Counted from the whole stretch's first letter, positions 27,237 through 39,552 are shown. The stretch: 63,805 bases of DNA, filler included, from Octopus bimaculoides (GCF_001194135.2; 4 parts of 4 records of this genome joined end to end with filler, not necessarily neighbours in it), one strand, 5' to 3'. Notes: a model not told the origin generated them from the letters alone. Made by a program: numbers and translations.

Positions 27237-28809
27237 ATACGAACAAGAACGACACAAAACGACACGCCTATGAATAAAATCAGCCGTTCCACATTGTGTT
27301 TTGTCTCACAATAATAATTATAATAACAGGACAGGCTTAAATGGAATCAGTGAGTTGTGTTATTACGACTGTATTACTTACTATGATAATAATAATAACA
27401 TTGTATTGATAGCAATACATTCATAATAATAAAACCAGCACACAACTCATTCATGTGCGTATTAATCATAGGCACATGAATTCGAACAACCTTTCATAAT
27501 CAGTGAGTCAACGAAAGATGTTTGTATTAAAATTATAATAATTGTTAAGAGAATTTGTCTGTTTGTAATTTATTTTATTGTTGTTTGCGAAATGTATCCT
27601 CATAAATGAAGACGAAGAAGGAAATAAAGATAGAATGAAGGAGAGGATTCAGTGAAATCAAAATTAATTTCAAGGGCAACAAACTGTTGCAGCTTTCGAC
27701 CAAGTAATCTCTTGCTGTTTATTTAGCGTTGACGAAATTACAGCACAGATTTTCTATAACAACAGAAGTCAACCAGCTTTCATTAATGAAGGGACACCTT
27801 CAATTACTATGCAAGGAAACCGAGGGGCTCTGTTATGTCAGATCATCCCTGATATTATTCTGTAATATTTTAACCCGGTGGGGGGAGGGTGTACGAAATC
27901 GAAGACAAACTGTTATAGGACAACATATAAATATTCATATTATTCGTTACACAATAGACTGACTTTTTGTGGGACAGTTTTTTTTGTTTCGTTTTTAGTA
28001 AGTGGGGAAGTGGGTTCAAGTTCGGCCGTATACACTTTTCTTTTGTAATGAAAGTAAGATGGCGTGCAGCATATTATGAATTGTCGAAGACTACAAACGT
28101 AAGTCGTAGCACAGCAACAGAATAATACAAAAGATTGTTTATGTCTTCGATTTTGTTCTTCAGTGAAGATTGCTTACTCCTTAACATAAAGATAAAAATA
28201 ATAACAACTTTCAAGGTAGAAGAGGTGACAGGTATAATAATGGTTCCTGATTTAGGCACAAGGTCTGCAATTGTGGGAAGAGGAGCTTAATTCCGTCGTT
28301 AATTACTCTGAGCACCTAAGGAAGTATGTTATACTGGGTGTCACTAATCAGTGGAGAGCATGTACTCAGGAGACACTTAGTACCTCGTGTTACTCTCAAC
28401 TCGCATTTCAGCAAATTTACTGAAGGACAGCAGCTCCTTCTCTATTTAAAACTTGAAAATGTCGATGACGGTGTCATCGAAAGTGAAAGTAGCAGTCTTT
28501 AATCTTTTCATTCGCACCCACAGCATAACCTCTTTCGTCATCGCCACCATGTTGAGGAGAACTGTATATTCTTCCCGATCCAAAGAAGGCAGGGAAGGGG
28601 CAGTTTACACGATAGACTCGGCTGAGCACCGGCTCCATGTTATACATGACAACAGCTGTTCGACAAAGCTCCACATAAGAATTTGTGCAGATACTGAACC
28701 AGCATGTGCAGAATGGCTTCAATGTTCTACGTGCATCTCTGTTAGGCCCGGTTGATGCTACTTCTGTGCCTTTAGAGTTTATCTCGAGATTGCAATGCAC
28801 TCAGCACTG

Positions 28810-28952
28810 CTACGCCAGGGATTTCTGGCTATTATGTAGAGTTCTTGGGTGGAAAGTCTTCCAGAAGAGATCAGTCAGTTGATTCTCATTGACGTCTAGA
28901 ATTTCCCAGAGAACTTTTGTCGCTTTCCCCACCACTGGTCCACCATAGAATG
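28810..28952 (-). CDS. Candidate terminal coding exon, unknown protein
   Basis: Follows an 82-nt GT-AG intron and continues the open frame as (A)FYGGPVVGKATKVLWEILDVNENQLTDLFWKTFHPRTLHNSQKSLA*. No family recognised. Confidence 0.35.
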
Positions 28953-29034
28953 CTAAGTGATAGTAAAATATCAATAAAATATTTCATTCTTAACAATGTT
29001 CATGAGTCGACACATACGAAAGCGGATTACTTAC

Positions 29035-29097
29035 CATGTTTTTGGCTGTATTCATTATTCAATGTGTAATCATGTCGATTGCAGACGACGCAATGAC
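29035..29097 (-). other. Candidate exon of an unidentified minus-strand transcript
   Basis: Long pyrimidine tract + TTTTATCAG acceptor and ATG|GTAAGT donor; 63 nt; only one frame open (HCVVCNRHDYTLNNEYSQKH). Confidence 0.55.
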
Positions 29098-30180
29098 CTG
29101 ATAAAATAAGCGAAAGAAAAACAAATGAGAAGGAAAATATTATCTTATTAAGAAATAGCATTATGGCGATGTTTTCTTTCCATTAAAAAAAAAAAAAATT
29201 AATTGTTACATTGATCATCATATTTGGTTTTGATTTTTGCAGAATAGAAGTATAATGGAAATTTAAGACAAAAAGAGGAGAGAAAAAATAAAAATGAAAT
29301 TTATTAACAAAAAATATGACGTATTAAATCTCCGGTAGAAATGGCTGGCTCAGTTGGTGGCCACTAAGTGGTGGGGTAGGTTGAAGATTAGGAAGGCGGC
29401 GGACTTTTAGAACTGTCTTTAACAATTTTGAGATGCTGAAAGAGATGCGTTAAATTACATAGTCAAGCAGCACAACAACTAATGTGCAATGTGTTTATAT
29501 TTATANNNNNNNNNNNNNNNNNNNNNNNNNNNNNNNNNNNNNNNNNNNNNNNNNNNNNNNNNNNNNNNNNNNNNNNNNNNNNNNNNNNNNNNNNNNNNNN
29601 NNNNNNNNNNNNNNNNNNNNNNNNNNNNNNNNNNNNNNNNNNNNNNNNNNNNNNNNNNNNNNNNNNNNNNNNNNNNNNNNNNNNNNNNNNNNNNNNNNNN
29701 NNNNNNNNNNNNNNNNNNNNNNNNNNNNNNNNNNNNNNNNNNNNNNNNNNNNNNNNNNNNNNNNNNNNNNNNNNNNNNNNNNNNNNNNNNNNNNNNNNNN
29801 NNNNNNNNNNNNNNNNNNNNNNNNNNNNNNNNNNNNNNNNNNNNNNNNNNNNNNNNNNNNNNNNNNNNNNNNNNNNNNNNNNNNNNNNNNNNNNNNNNNN
29901 NNNNNNNNNNNNNNNNNNNNNNNNNNNNNNNNNNNNNNNNNNNNNNNNNNNNNNNNNNNNNNNNNNNNNNNNNNNNNNNNNNNNNNNNNNNNNNNNNNNN
30001 NNNNNNNNNNNNNNNNNNNNNNNNNNNNNNNNNNNNNNNNNNNNNNNNNNNNNNNNNNNNNNNNNNNNNNNNNNNNNNNNNNNNNNNNNNNNNNNNNNNN
30101 NNNNNNNNNNNNNNNNNNNNNNNNNNNNNNNNNNNNNNNNNNNNNNNNNNNNNNNNNNNNNNNNNNNNNNNNNNNNNNNN

Positions 30181-30214
<34 letters not shown>

Positions 30215-30732
30215 CAGCGCTAATATCTAACTGGTTTTACATTTCGTCTATCTTCGTCAGAGCTCGTTTAGCGTTGCTACCGTCAAGCCAAGTTTCGTAG
30301 ACAATACTTCTTATCTTTGTGATAAGTAAGGTAATTTACATCACGATATTTTCATACACGAACACAGCATGGGAACTGAAAAAGTCAGTATACCGAATAA
30401 TTAAACTGTGAAAAAGAAAAGCACACACTTACGCAGACACGTTAACGTCATGTACGATATATGATATGATGTGTTATGTATGCATGTGTAGGTCCCTAAC
30501 ATTTCTAACCCTCACACATACACATCAAGTTAGGTTATATCTCTCTCCCTCCCTGTATATGTGTGCGTGAGTGTGTTTTACTTACTAAATCTAAAGGAAG
30601 GGGCACAGCCCATGACCTTTGCAGGCCCCCTAACACTGATGGCATTGATGTAGTTAATGTTCCGTTTAAACTGTTGCAGGTTAACAACTGCAGAAGACAT
30701 GAGCAGGGGGGAAATGTGTGTTTATATATATA

Positions 30733-30832
30733 NNNNNNNNNNNNNNNNNNNNNNNNNNNNNNNNNNNNNNNNNNNNTTAATTAATTAANNNNNNNNNNNN
30801 NNNNNNNNNNNNNNNNNNNNNNNNNNNNNNNN
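30733..30832. other. Artificial contig-join spacer (44 N + TTAATTAATTAA + 44 N)
   Basis: Identical 100-bp structure at 43439-43538 and 58158-58257; the 12-mer gives stop codons in all six frames. Confidence 0.92.
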
Positions 30833-31211
30833 TATATATATATATATATATATATATTCTTTTATTCTTTTAGTCATTTATGGTACTTATTCTATGCACA
30901 GCAGAGTTCAGGGTCAGTCTGTGCTAAGCAGCATCACCCTGTGTGCTTTAGTTTCATTACTATAGCAACAGTCTAGATGCTAATTGATCAGACTATGTAT
31001 GTATTGCTGAACTGTTAGCTTACAGCAATGTCAACACTATAACAGCAGTTGTCAAACACACACCAGAGTTTACTGTGCATTCCTCTTTATGTAGAGTCAG
31101 TCGAAGTTGATTTGTCATCGAATTAATTTCAGTTATGTTATTTAATTTACTATAATTATACAACTGTCATTTATTTTAGTTCCTGTTGTTCCCTCTTTTT
31201 CTGTTTATCAG

Positions 31212-31309
31212 TGATGTTGGTGTACAGGACCGTGTTGTGATCCAAGAACTTATCAAGTCAATTGCTGAGGTCAATCAGTTAGATATCAATTCTCAACGTG
31301 ATTTCAAAG
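31212..31309 (+). CDS. RFC3: RFC3 coding exon (first visible; equivalent to vertebrate exon 4)
   Basis: tttatcag|T GAT GTT...TTC AAA G|gttagt; 98 nt; translates (S)DVGVQDRVVIQELIKSIAEVNQLDINSQRDFK, matching the RFC3 segment DAGNSDRVVIQEMLK...NSQRDFK recalled from human RFC3. Confidence 0.95.
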
Positions 31310-32150
31310 GTTAGTTTCTCCCCACGCTCTCTCTTTCGCTAAATATCTATCTCTTTATCTGTCTATCTATCTGTCCGTCTGTCTATCTATCTATCTATCT
31401 ATCCATCTGTCTGCCTGTTTATCTACCTATCTGTCTATCTATCTATCTGTTTGTCTGTCTGTTTGTCTATCTTATCATCGTCATCATTTAACATCTCTTT
31501 TTCATGCTTGCATGTGTCAGATGGAATGTCTTAAGCCAGTTTTTCTACAGCTGGATTCCCTTCACATCAACCTTCACCTGTTTCCAATCAAAGTATAGAC
31601 TTTGCTTTTCATGGAAAACTGAAAAAGAACAATCTCGCTTGTATGACAGTGATGCTCATTTACAACTACCATATGATCCTACACAAGGGTACACACAGGC
31701 ACACACACACACACACACACACATACACACTTGATGGGCTTCTCTCAGTTTCTATCTACCAAAACCACTGGCCTGGGGCCATAACAGAAGACACTTACTT
31801 GCTGAAGGCTTTGAGGACATGGAGTTCATTACCATGTAGTCTCCAGTTCTATATCACTGCATAACACGTTGGACTACTATAATCTGAACATGGCATTGGG
31901 TCTCTGCGCAACCCTGTAGCTCACCAGATCTTCTCAAGCTGGCCAACCCATGCCTGCACGGAAAGGATAGCCATTAAATAATGATGATGTATGTTTTTAT
32001 AGTTACATAGATCTGGTCTGTTCTAATAGAAAAAGACACATTAGTGCACCTCTGTATAATCAGGACAGCATGAGTAGAAGAATTACTGTAACTAGCAGGC
32101 CTTGTCATTCTGTTACCATGTCTATGCTAAATTATTGTAAATGAGACATG

Positions 32151-32644
32151 GGCATGGGTGTGTGGCTTAGAAGCTTGCTTTCTGACCACATGGTGTAGGG
32201 TTCAATCCTTCTATATTGCACCTTGGGCAAGTATCTTTTGCTAAAGCCCTGGGCCAATGAAAGCCTTGTAAGTGTACTGGTAGATGGAAACTGAAAGGAG
32301 CCTCATATATATATATATGTGTGTGTTTGTGCATACATACACATGCATATATTTGTGAGTGTGTGTATGTTTGTGTCTCTTTGTCTTGACATTGTATGAT
32401 TGTTGTAAATGAGTGCCACTGTTGTACAAGCAGTGTCATTCATTTCTAATATTCTGTGAAAAACACGTCTGGCCCCAGGGAAATATTACTTTGCTTGGAA
32501 ACAGGTGAAGGTTGGCAACTGGAAGGGCATGTAACTGTAGAAAAATCTGTCCCCCTAAACTGTCCAACCCATGCATGCATAGAGAAATGGACATTAAAAT
32601 GATGATGATGATGACAATGGAGATGATGATGATGATAATGATGA
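32151..32644 (+). mobile_element. Full-length second SINE family (tRNA-like head, (GAT)n tail) in an RFC3 intron
   Basis: Head TGTGGCTTAGAAGCTTGCTTTCTGACCACATGG...GGTTCAATCC; tail GTCCAACCCATGC...GGACATTAAAATGATGATG. Heads recur at about 48440 and 53750; tails recur many times. Confidence 0.75.
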
Positions 32645-32662
32645 GGTTTGTTCCTATTTCAG

Positions 32663-32844
32663 TTGTTATCCTCACTGAAGTTGACCGTTTAACAAAAGAT
32701 GCTCAACACGCTCTCCGAAGAACAATGGAAAAATATATGGCCACATGTCGCATCATCCTCATCTGTAATTCCTCAAGTAAAGTCATTCCTGCCATAAAAA
32801 GCCGTTGTCTTGGAATCCGGGTACCAGCACCTACTGTTGATGAG
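32663..32844 (+). CDS. RFC3: RFC3 coding exon (degenerate Walker B and SRC motif)
   Basis: cctatttcag|...GAT GAG|gtcagt; 182 nt; (V)[64 protein letters not shown] in place of DEAD and the SRC arginine-finger motif are typical of RFC3/Rfc5. Phase matches the previous exon. Confidence 0.98.
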
Positions 32845-32924
32845 GTCAGTTATGCTGTTTACAATCACTATAATTGTTTAATATATCATTTTTTTCTTTC
32901 TTTCCCTCACATTGACTGTCTCTC

Positions 32925-33160
32925 ATTTACACTACAGCATATTGTCCGTTCGTTTCTTGTTTCTATACTACAGCATATAATCCAGTTATTTTTCATCTCT
33001 CTTCTACAACATATGTTTCAGTCATTCTCATCTCTATACTACAATATAGAGTCCAGTCTTTCTCATCTGTGTACCACAACATGGAGTCCAGTTTTTTCTC
33101 ATCTCTATACTACAGCATATAATCCAGTCTTTTCTCATTTCTCTACTACAGCATATCATC
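32925..33160. repeat. Degenerate minisatellite of about 38 bp in an RFC3 intron
   Basis: About 6 copies of CTACAGCATATAATCCAGTCTTTTCTCATCTCTATA-like units. Confidence 0.75.
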
Positions 33161-34721
33161 GTCATCGTCATCCCTTTTGTTACCGTATTTATTTTGAGAT
33201 GCTCTGTGTTTCTTTCAATTAATTTTAAATATAACAAAGAATTTAGTAAAATAACTTAGTTATCATTAAGCTAGTGGTAGGAACATAAATTGTGACTAAG
33301 GTTTGGTGGAAGATTTTAATTCAAAACTTATCTAAACAAGACTTTTATACTACAGAGCCAGAGGCGGTTTCAGCCTGGTTGGTATTGAAAGTTTTAATGT
33401 CTGTTTCCCATTCTGGCATGGGTTGGATGGTCTGACAAGATCTGGCAAGGTCAGGAGCCACACCAGGCTCTAGTGCCTATTTTGGCATGGTTTCTACATC
33501 TGGATGCCTTTCCTAATGTCAATTTAAAAATTCTTATTTTGTTTCTCACACGTTAGCTAGTGTAGGTTGAACAATTAAAAATGTTAGAACAAGAAATTTT
33601 GCTGTTTCTTGCAATGCATGCATTACATACAGACCTTTTTCACGCTCCCTTAAAATACTGTTGTGGCTCCTCAATTTACTATTTTGTTGTGTAAACCCCC
33701 AAAAATCTTATATGGGCCCTGGTTGAGAACCACAGCTGTTAAGGGTCGTGGGACACTGCTTTCTCTCTTGATTAAAAATATAAAAAAAAAAAAAAGGAAA
33801 GATCGTTTCTAACTCATATGTTTTATCCAACTATTAAAATTTCAACCTAATTAGCCTCATTTAATTCATCATCGTCATTTAACATCTGTTTTCTATGCTG
33901 ACATGGGTAGGATTGTTTGACAGGAGTTGGTAAGGCCAGAAGACTGCACCAAGCTCCATTGTCTGTTTTGGCTTGATTTCTATGACTGGGTGCCCTTCCT
34001 AAACATTTTATATCTATGGGTCCATTTTAATTCCTTTTCACTCTACTGGAGCTTCATATCCATTCAGTGTTTTAAAAAGTCCCATTATATTGTTATAATT
34101 CAATATTAGGAGCTGCATAAAAAAATATTGTTAAAATACAGGCTGTTCAAAAAGTCTCTCCACAGTAAGTATTTTATTGCAAAATAGATATTTATAAGAT
34201 GGTATCATCATCATTGTTTAACGTCCGCTTTCCATGCTAGCATGGGTTGGACGATTTGACTGAGGACTGGTGGAACCCGAAGGCTACACCGGGCTCCAAT
34301 CTGATTTGGCAGAGTTTCTATGGCTGAATGCCCTTCCTAACGCCAAGACTACAAAACAATATATTAGACTTTACAAGACTTTAAAAAATTTTATAAGAGG
34401 TGTTGAAAATGTTGTCCTTCATTTAATGTATTCTTTTGTAGTCTTATACCATCTTATGAATATTTATTCTGCAATTAAATACTTACTGCTGAGAGACTTT
34501 TTGAACAGCCTGTATTTTGTGTATCACGGGTCATGTGGACCCCAGTTGAGAACCACTGCACCAGGGTCTGTTCAATCACCACATGTTTCCTCTCTCTCGG
34601 TTGTGTGATTAAGAAGCTTGCTTTCTCATCATGTGGCTTCATGTTCAACATTGCTATGATGTTGTTGATGGTGATGATAATGGTAAGTTGCTGAATTTCT
34701 TTATAAACTTTCCTGTTTCAG

Positions 34722-34858
34722 ATCTGCCAAGTTTTGCAGACAGTATGCAAGAAAGAAGGCCTCACATTACCAATAGAACTTGCCAAAAAAATATCATTGG
34801 TCAGTGAGAGAAACATGAGAAGGGCTCTTCTTATGTGTGAAGCCTGTAAAGTCCAACA
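34722..34858 (+). CDS. RFC3: RFC3 coding exon
   Basis: cctgtttcag|ATC TGC...CAA CA|gtaagt; 137 nt; ICQVLQTVCKKEGLTLPIELAKKISLVSERNMRRALLMCEACKVQ(Q). Confidence 0.96.
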
Positions 34859-35918
34859 GTAAGTTAATGTTATTTTGTTTCTTGTTTTTTTTTTTGCTCT
34901 GTGTAAGGCAGTGAGGTGGCAGAACTGTGAGGATGCCGGACGAAATGCTTGGCAGCATTTTGTGCATCTTTACGTTCTGAGTTCAAATTCCGCTGAGGTT
35001 GACTTTGCCTTTTATCTTTTCGGGATTAATAAAATAAGTATCAGTTGAGCACTTGAGTTGTTGTCATCAACTTTCTCCCTTCCTCAAAATTGCAGGCCTT
35101 GTGCCAACATTTCAAATCAGTATTTTTGCTCTGTGTGCAGAATAGCACTGGGTCGGTTTTACAGTTCATCTCGCCAAGGGACAATAAAATAACTTCTAGT
35201 AATCTTCATACAAGGGCTGCAAGCTGACAAAATCATCAGCAGCACATTGAACAAAAGCAGCATTTCTTCCAGCTCTTTACGTTCTGAGTTCAAATCCTGC
35301 TGAGGTCTACTTTGTCTTCCATCCCTAAGTACCAGTCAAATACCGGGGTCAATGTAATAGATTTGCCCTCTCATCTCATAATTGTTGGCCTTGGACCCTT
35401 CATTGGGCTGGCATTCTGGTCAGGGGAATGTTGTGATCTCCTTAACCTTTTATCATTCAGATTAAATTATATTATAATTCTTATTAATTGATATTGTTTT
35501 GAATTAATCAGGTATCATCTTGTATCTTCAAGATTTTGATGATCTACCTGTATATTTTCAGAATGATATTGTAAGGTAGGTGTGAAGGACCCAATCTGGC
35601 TGGTCTAAACATAAAACAGGTAGAATGCTTTGGCCAGTTTAAATGCTAAGGGCTTACACACCATGGAAAGCAAGTAACCACTCGTGAGTTGTGGAGCTCA
35701 AAAATTATTTCATACAACACTCGATTCAGTTAACATTGGCTGATAGTATTTTAGCTTTTTACCTGAGATTAAAATAGCTTCTGATTTGCACTTTTACTGT
35801 TTGGAATTAGGACTTATGTACCCGTATTTCAACATTTTCATTCTCAACTCATTCATATCGCTTTATATATTTTTATTATTTAAGTGACTAACGTGAAAAT
35901 TTCCTTTAAAATTTTCAG

Positions 35919-36017
35919 GTATCCATTCAGCATTGATCAAGAAGTAATTGAACCAGACTGGAAACTTTATCTGCAAGAAACAGCTGGATTGATAGTACAA
36001 CAACAGAGTCCACAGAG
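35919..36017 (+). CDS. RFC3: RFC3 coding exon
   Basis: aattttcag|G TAT CCA...CAG AG|gtaaat; 99 nt; YPFSIDQEVIEPDWKLYLQETAGLIVQQQSPQ(R). Confidence 0.96.
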
Positions 36018-37205
36018 GTAAATTTTGATTTGTTCAGATTATCCACGAAATAATTATATTAAAATCTGCCGGTATCATACTGATTTTTGGGCCAGATATG
36101 GCCAGTTTAAATACTCAAGTGTTAAAATGGCTAATGTCCACAGAAGTTGGTGTTGAGAAGAGGAATTGTCCAACTGAATATTTGATAAATTTTATTTTAT
36201 TGAGGTTGAATGAGCAATGATTTGTGAGTAGCTACTAACTGTTACTCTGATATAATGTGAGTGACCTGACTAGATTTTAGTGGTCTCAGCCTGGGTGATT
36301 GGTAGGTAAAGGACACCAACTAAGCATTATTTAGGTGATAGAGCAGCTTTATTAGTGTGGACTTCATCATCATCGTTTAACCTCCGCTTTCCTTGCTAGC
36401 ATGGGTTGGACGATTTGACTGAGGACTGGTGAACCAGATGGCTACACCAGGCTCCAAGTGAAATTTCATAGTCGTTCAACATCCGTTTTCCATACCGGTG
36501 TGGTTGGATAGTTTGACTGGCTCTAATTGTCTGTTTTGGCATGGTTTCTACAACTGGATGCCCTACCTAAAGCCAACCACTTTACAGAGTGTACTGGGAG
36601 CTTTTTACCTGGCACCGACACCAGTGCTTTATATGCGGCACCAGCACAGGTGCTTCTTATTTATTTCTTGATAATGAGTGGCACTAATCAAGGGTATTTA
36701 TTACTGGAAGTAGCACATCAAGAAACTGTTGTAAACGGAATGCGGACATGCTGGAGCAATTAGGTCAAACTGAATGCAATACTTAAGAAATAAGTCTTGC
36801 ATATTCTCTTGGTCTCTTTTACAGCAAACAATTGAGTTATGGGGACATAAATAAACCGACATGGGTTGTGAAACAGTGTTCGAAGAGACATACACCCACT
36901 CCATCACTAACATATATATCATTATCATCATTTTAACATCAGTTTTTGATGCTCACATGGCTCAGACGGAATTTCTTGTAGATTTTCTACAGCTGGATGC
37001 ATTTCCTGTTGCTAACCCTCACCTGTTTGCATGTATGCCATGAGCCTGGCTAGGCTTTAAAAGGGCGCATTTATTATTATTTTATATAAGCAGATGTGCC
37101 TTAACATTTATTCATATCATAGTTTTCTGTATCATAACAATGTCCCTTTACATATACTTGTTAGTGTATTGAATGCTATTTTTGAACTTCTCCTCATTTT
37201 TGCAG

Positions 37206-37275
37206 GCTTTTAGAGATCCGGGCTCGTCTCTATGAACTCCTTACTCATTGTATACCTCCTGATATAATTATGAAG
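37206..37275 (+). CDS. RFC3: RFC3 coding exon
   Basis: tttttgcag|G CTT TTA...ATG AAG|gtaaaa; 70 nt; LLEIRARLYELLTHCIPPDIIMK. Confidence 0.96.
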
Positions 37276-38354
37276 GTAAAAATAATTCTTTATTATAAAA
37301 CTCTTAACAAGAAATTAATCATTGATTTACCTGATAGCTGTTGTTGTTTAACCACTGGTCACCATTTATTGAGCTGACTATGATGAAATAGCAGTCAACT
37401 AGTTATGGTTTCTTTTCTCTTTTTCTCAGTCCGAATGTATCTACTCAGGATTATATTATTGGGTGGGTGTGTATGGGCCTAACGGAGGCAAAGTGACTGA
37501 GTTCCTTTTGAGTGTTGGGCCTCACTGAAGCAATGACCGGGACCTTTGGCATTATGTCGTGCTTGAGAAAAAGACCCATCAAGCCGAGCAAAATTGCAGC
37601 CATGGTACTTGTGCCGGTGGCACGTAAAAGCATCCACTACACTCTCGGAGTGGTTGGCATTAGGAAAGGCATCCAACTATAGAAAACCATGACAAATCAG
37701 ACTGGGACCTGGTTGTATAGTTGTGTAGTGGCCTTTTCATTGGACAAACATTAATGGCATAAAGCGAGGAGAGTTGTACAAGTAACAACGTCTTCCTCAA
37801 AAAATCTTGTTCAACCCTACACTTACAAATGTGCAAATGTTTGGTTGATCATGACTAGTAGATGCCCCAAGGTGCAGGCTTGGCTGAAAATTCGAGATGG
37901 AACCTGTGCTGAAGCTTGTTGGATATATATGTATGCATGTAACATACATGGCACAAATCCATCTACACCTTTAAATACCCGCATTCCATTTGAAGAGGCT
38001 TTCTCATGTTTGTTTTTTTCTTTTATCTTGCAAGTTCCTTGATGACCTCACTAGGTCAGAAAAAGCATTCAGTACACACTGTAAAGTGGTTCTTATTAGG
38101 AAGAGAATCCAGCATGGCATAGAAACCATGCCAAGCTGACATTGGAACTTGTTGCAACTTGCCAGCTCCTGTCAAACCAGCCAGCCCATGACTGTATGGA
38201 AAACGGATATTAAGTAACGATGGTGATTGATGTAGGCTGGCAGAAACAGTGCAGTGAACAAAATAGTTTTGTTTTTTCTATAGCAATATAAATACATCAA
38301 CAAGCAGGTATTTCTGTAATCACACCTAACCTTCTTGAAAAGATGAATATCATC

Positions 38355-38655
38355 ATCATCATCATCATCGTCATTTAACGTCCGCTTTCCATGCTAGCAT
38401 GGGTTGAACGATTTGACTGAGGACTGGTGGACCAGGAGGCGACACCAGGCTCCAATCTGATTTGGCAGAATTTCTACAGTTGGATGCTCTTTCTAACGCC
38501 AACCACTCTGAGAGTGTAGTGGGTGCTTTTACGTGCCACCGGCACGAGGGCCAGTTGGGCGGTACTGGCGACGGCCACGTTCGAAATGGTGTATTTTACA
38601 TGCCACCTGCACAGGAGCCAGTCCAGCGGCACTGGCAACGATCTCGCTTGAATGT
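38355..38655 (-). mobile_element. SINE 3' half just upstream of the last RFC3 exon
   Basis: (CAT)n-TTAACGTCCGCTTTCCATGCTAGCATGGGTTG...; same family as 39553-39817. Confidence 0.8.
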
Positions 38656-38754
38656 CTGGCAGGTCAAAATGAATAATGTGTTTCTAATTTTGTTTATTCC
38701 CCATCACCTAAATGTTGTTGATGCGTTAATTCAATCATTTTGTCTCTTCACCAG

Positions 38755-38943
38755 GGTCTCCTACAAGAGTTAATCACTAACTGTGATGGTCAACTCAAAT
38801 CGGAAGTTGTCAAATCAGCTGCTTATTATGAACACCGACTGCAACTTGGACAGAAAGCAATCTTCCATCTTGAAGCCTTTGTTGCCAGATTCATGGCCAT
38901 CTATAAACGATTCATCGAAGAAGGAATTGCTGAGCTTTTTTAA
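38755..38943 (+). CDS. RFC3: RFC3 terminal coding exon
   Basis: ctcttcaccag|GGT CTC...TTT TAA; GLLQELITNCDGQLKSEVVKSAAYYEHRLQLGQKAIFHLEAFVARFMAIYKRFIEEGIAELF*, the conserved RFC3 C-terminus. Confidence 0.97.
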   Translation, partial: GLLQELITNCDGQLKSEVVKSAAYYEHRLQLGQKAIFHLEAFVARFMAIYKRFIEEGIAELF

Positions 38944-38980
38944 ATTGTACCCATTTTTTTTTTCTTTTTTTTTTTGTAAA

Positions 38981-38986
38981 AATAAA
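38981..38986 (+). terminator. Candidate polyadenylation signal of RFC3
   Basis: AATAAA 38 nt after the stop codon, followed by T-rich sequence. Confidence 0.55.
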
Positions 38987-39552
38987 ACTAAATAGAATAT
39001 ACCATTTACCTTTTATTTTCTCATTTCTTGGTTCGGCAATTAAACTGGCCATGCTGGAGCACTGCCTTGAATTTTTTTGTTGAATGAATTGACTGCAGTT
39101 CTTACTTTTTTTTTTAAAGCCTGTTTCTTATTTTATCAGTTTCTTCTGCTGAACTGCTAATTATGGGAGATGTAAACATACCAACACCAGTTGTTATTCA
39201 GTCAGTAGGGGACAAACACACACACATATACACACATGTCAGGCTTCTTCCAGTTTCTGTCTATCAAATCCACTCACAAGGCTATAGTAGAAGACACATA
39301 CCCAAGGTGCCACATAGTGAGATTGAACCTGGAATTATAGTTTCACCACAAAGTACTCTTCCACTGAATGATAATTCTTTTTCAGTCAGAAGGAGGGAAA
39401 CAATCTGAATGAATCCTTTGATACCAACCTGTCTGAGACTGTCCTTAGATTCTACAATACAAATCTGTTTTAAAGGGATCTAAATTATAAAACTTCCATC
39501 AGAGCTTCATCTTGTCATCACCAGTATTGTGGTAAATATACCTGTTGTACCA

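Noticed and set aside
28474-28800. About 100-aa ORFs on both strands
   Set aside because: No recognisable motif; separated by two stops from the candidate exon frame; probably UTR or unique non-coding DNA.
30777-30788. TTAATTAATTAA repeated three times in the window as a possible regulatory motif
   Set aside because: Always centred in exactly 44 N + 44 N: a synthetic six-frame-stop scaffolding linker.
32512-33222. 236-aa ORF as a single-exon RFC-like protein with poly-Met
   Set aside because: Only 32663-32844 is RFC3; the flanks are SINE tail and intronic minisatellite read-through.
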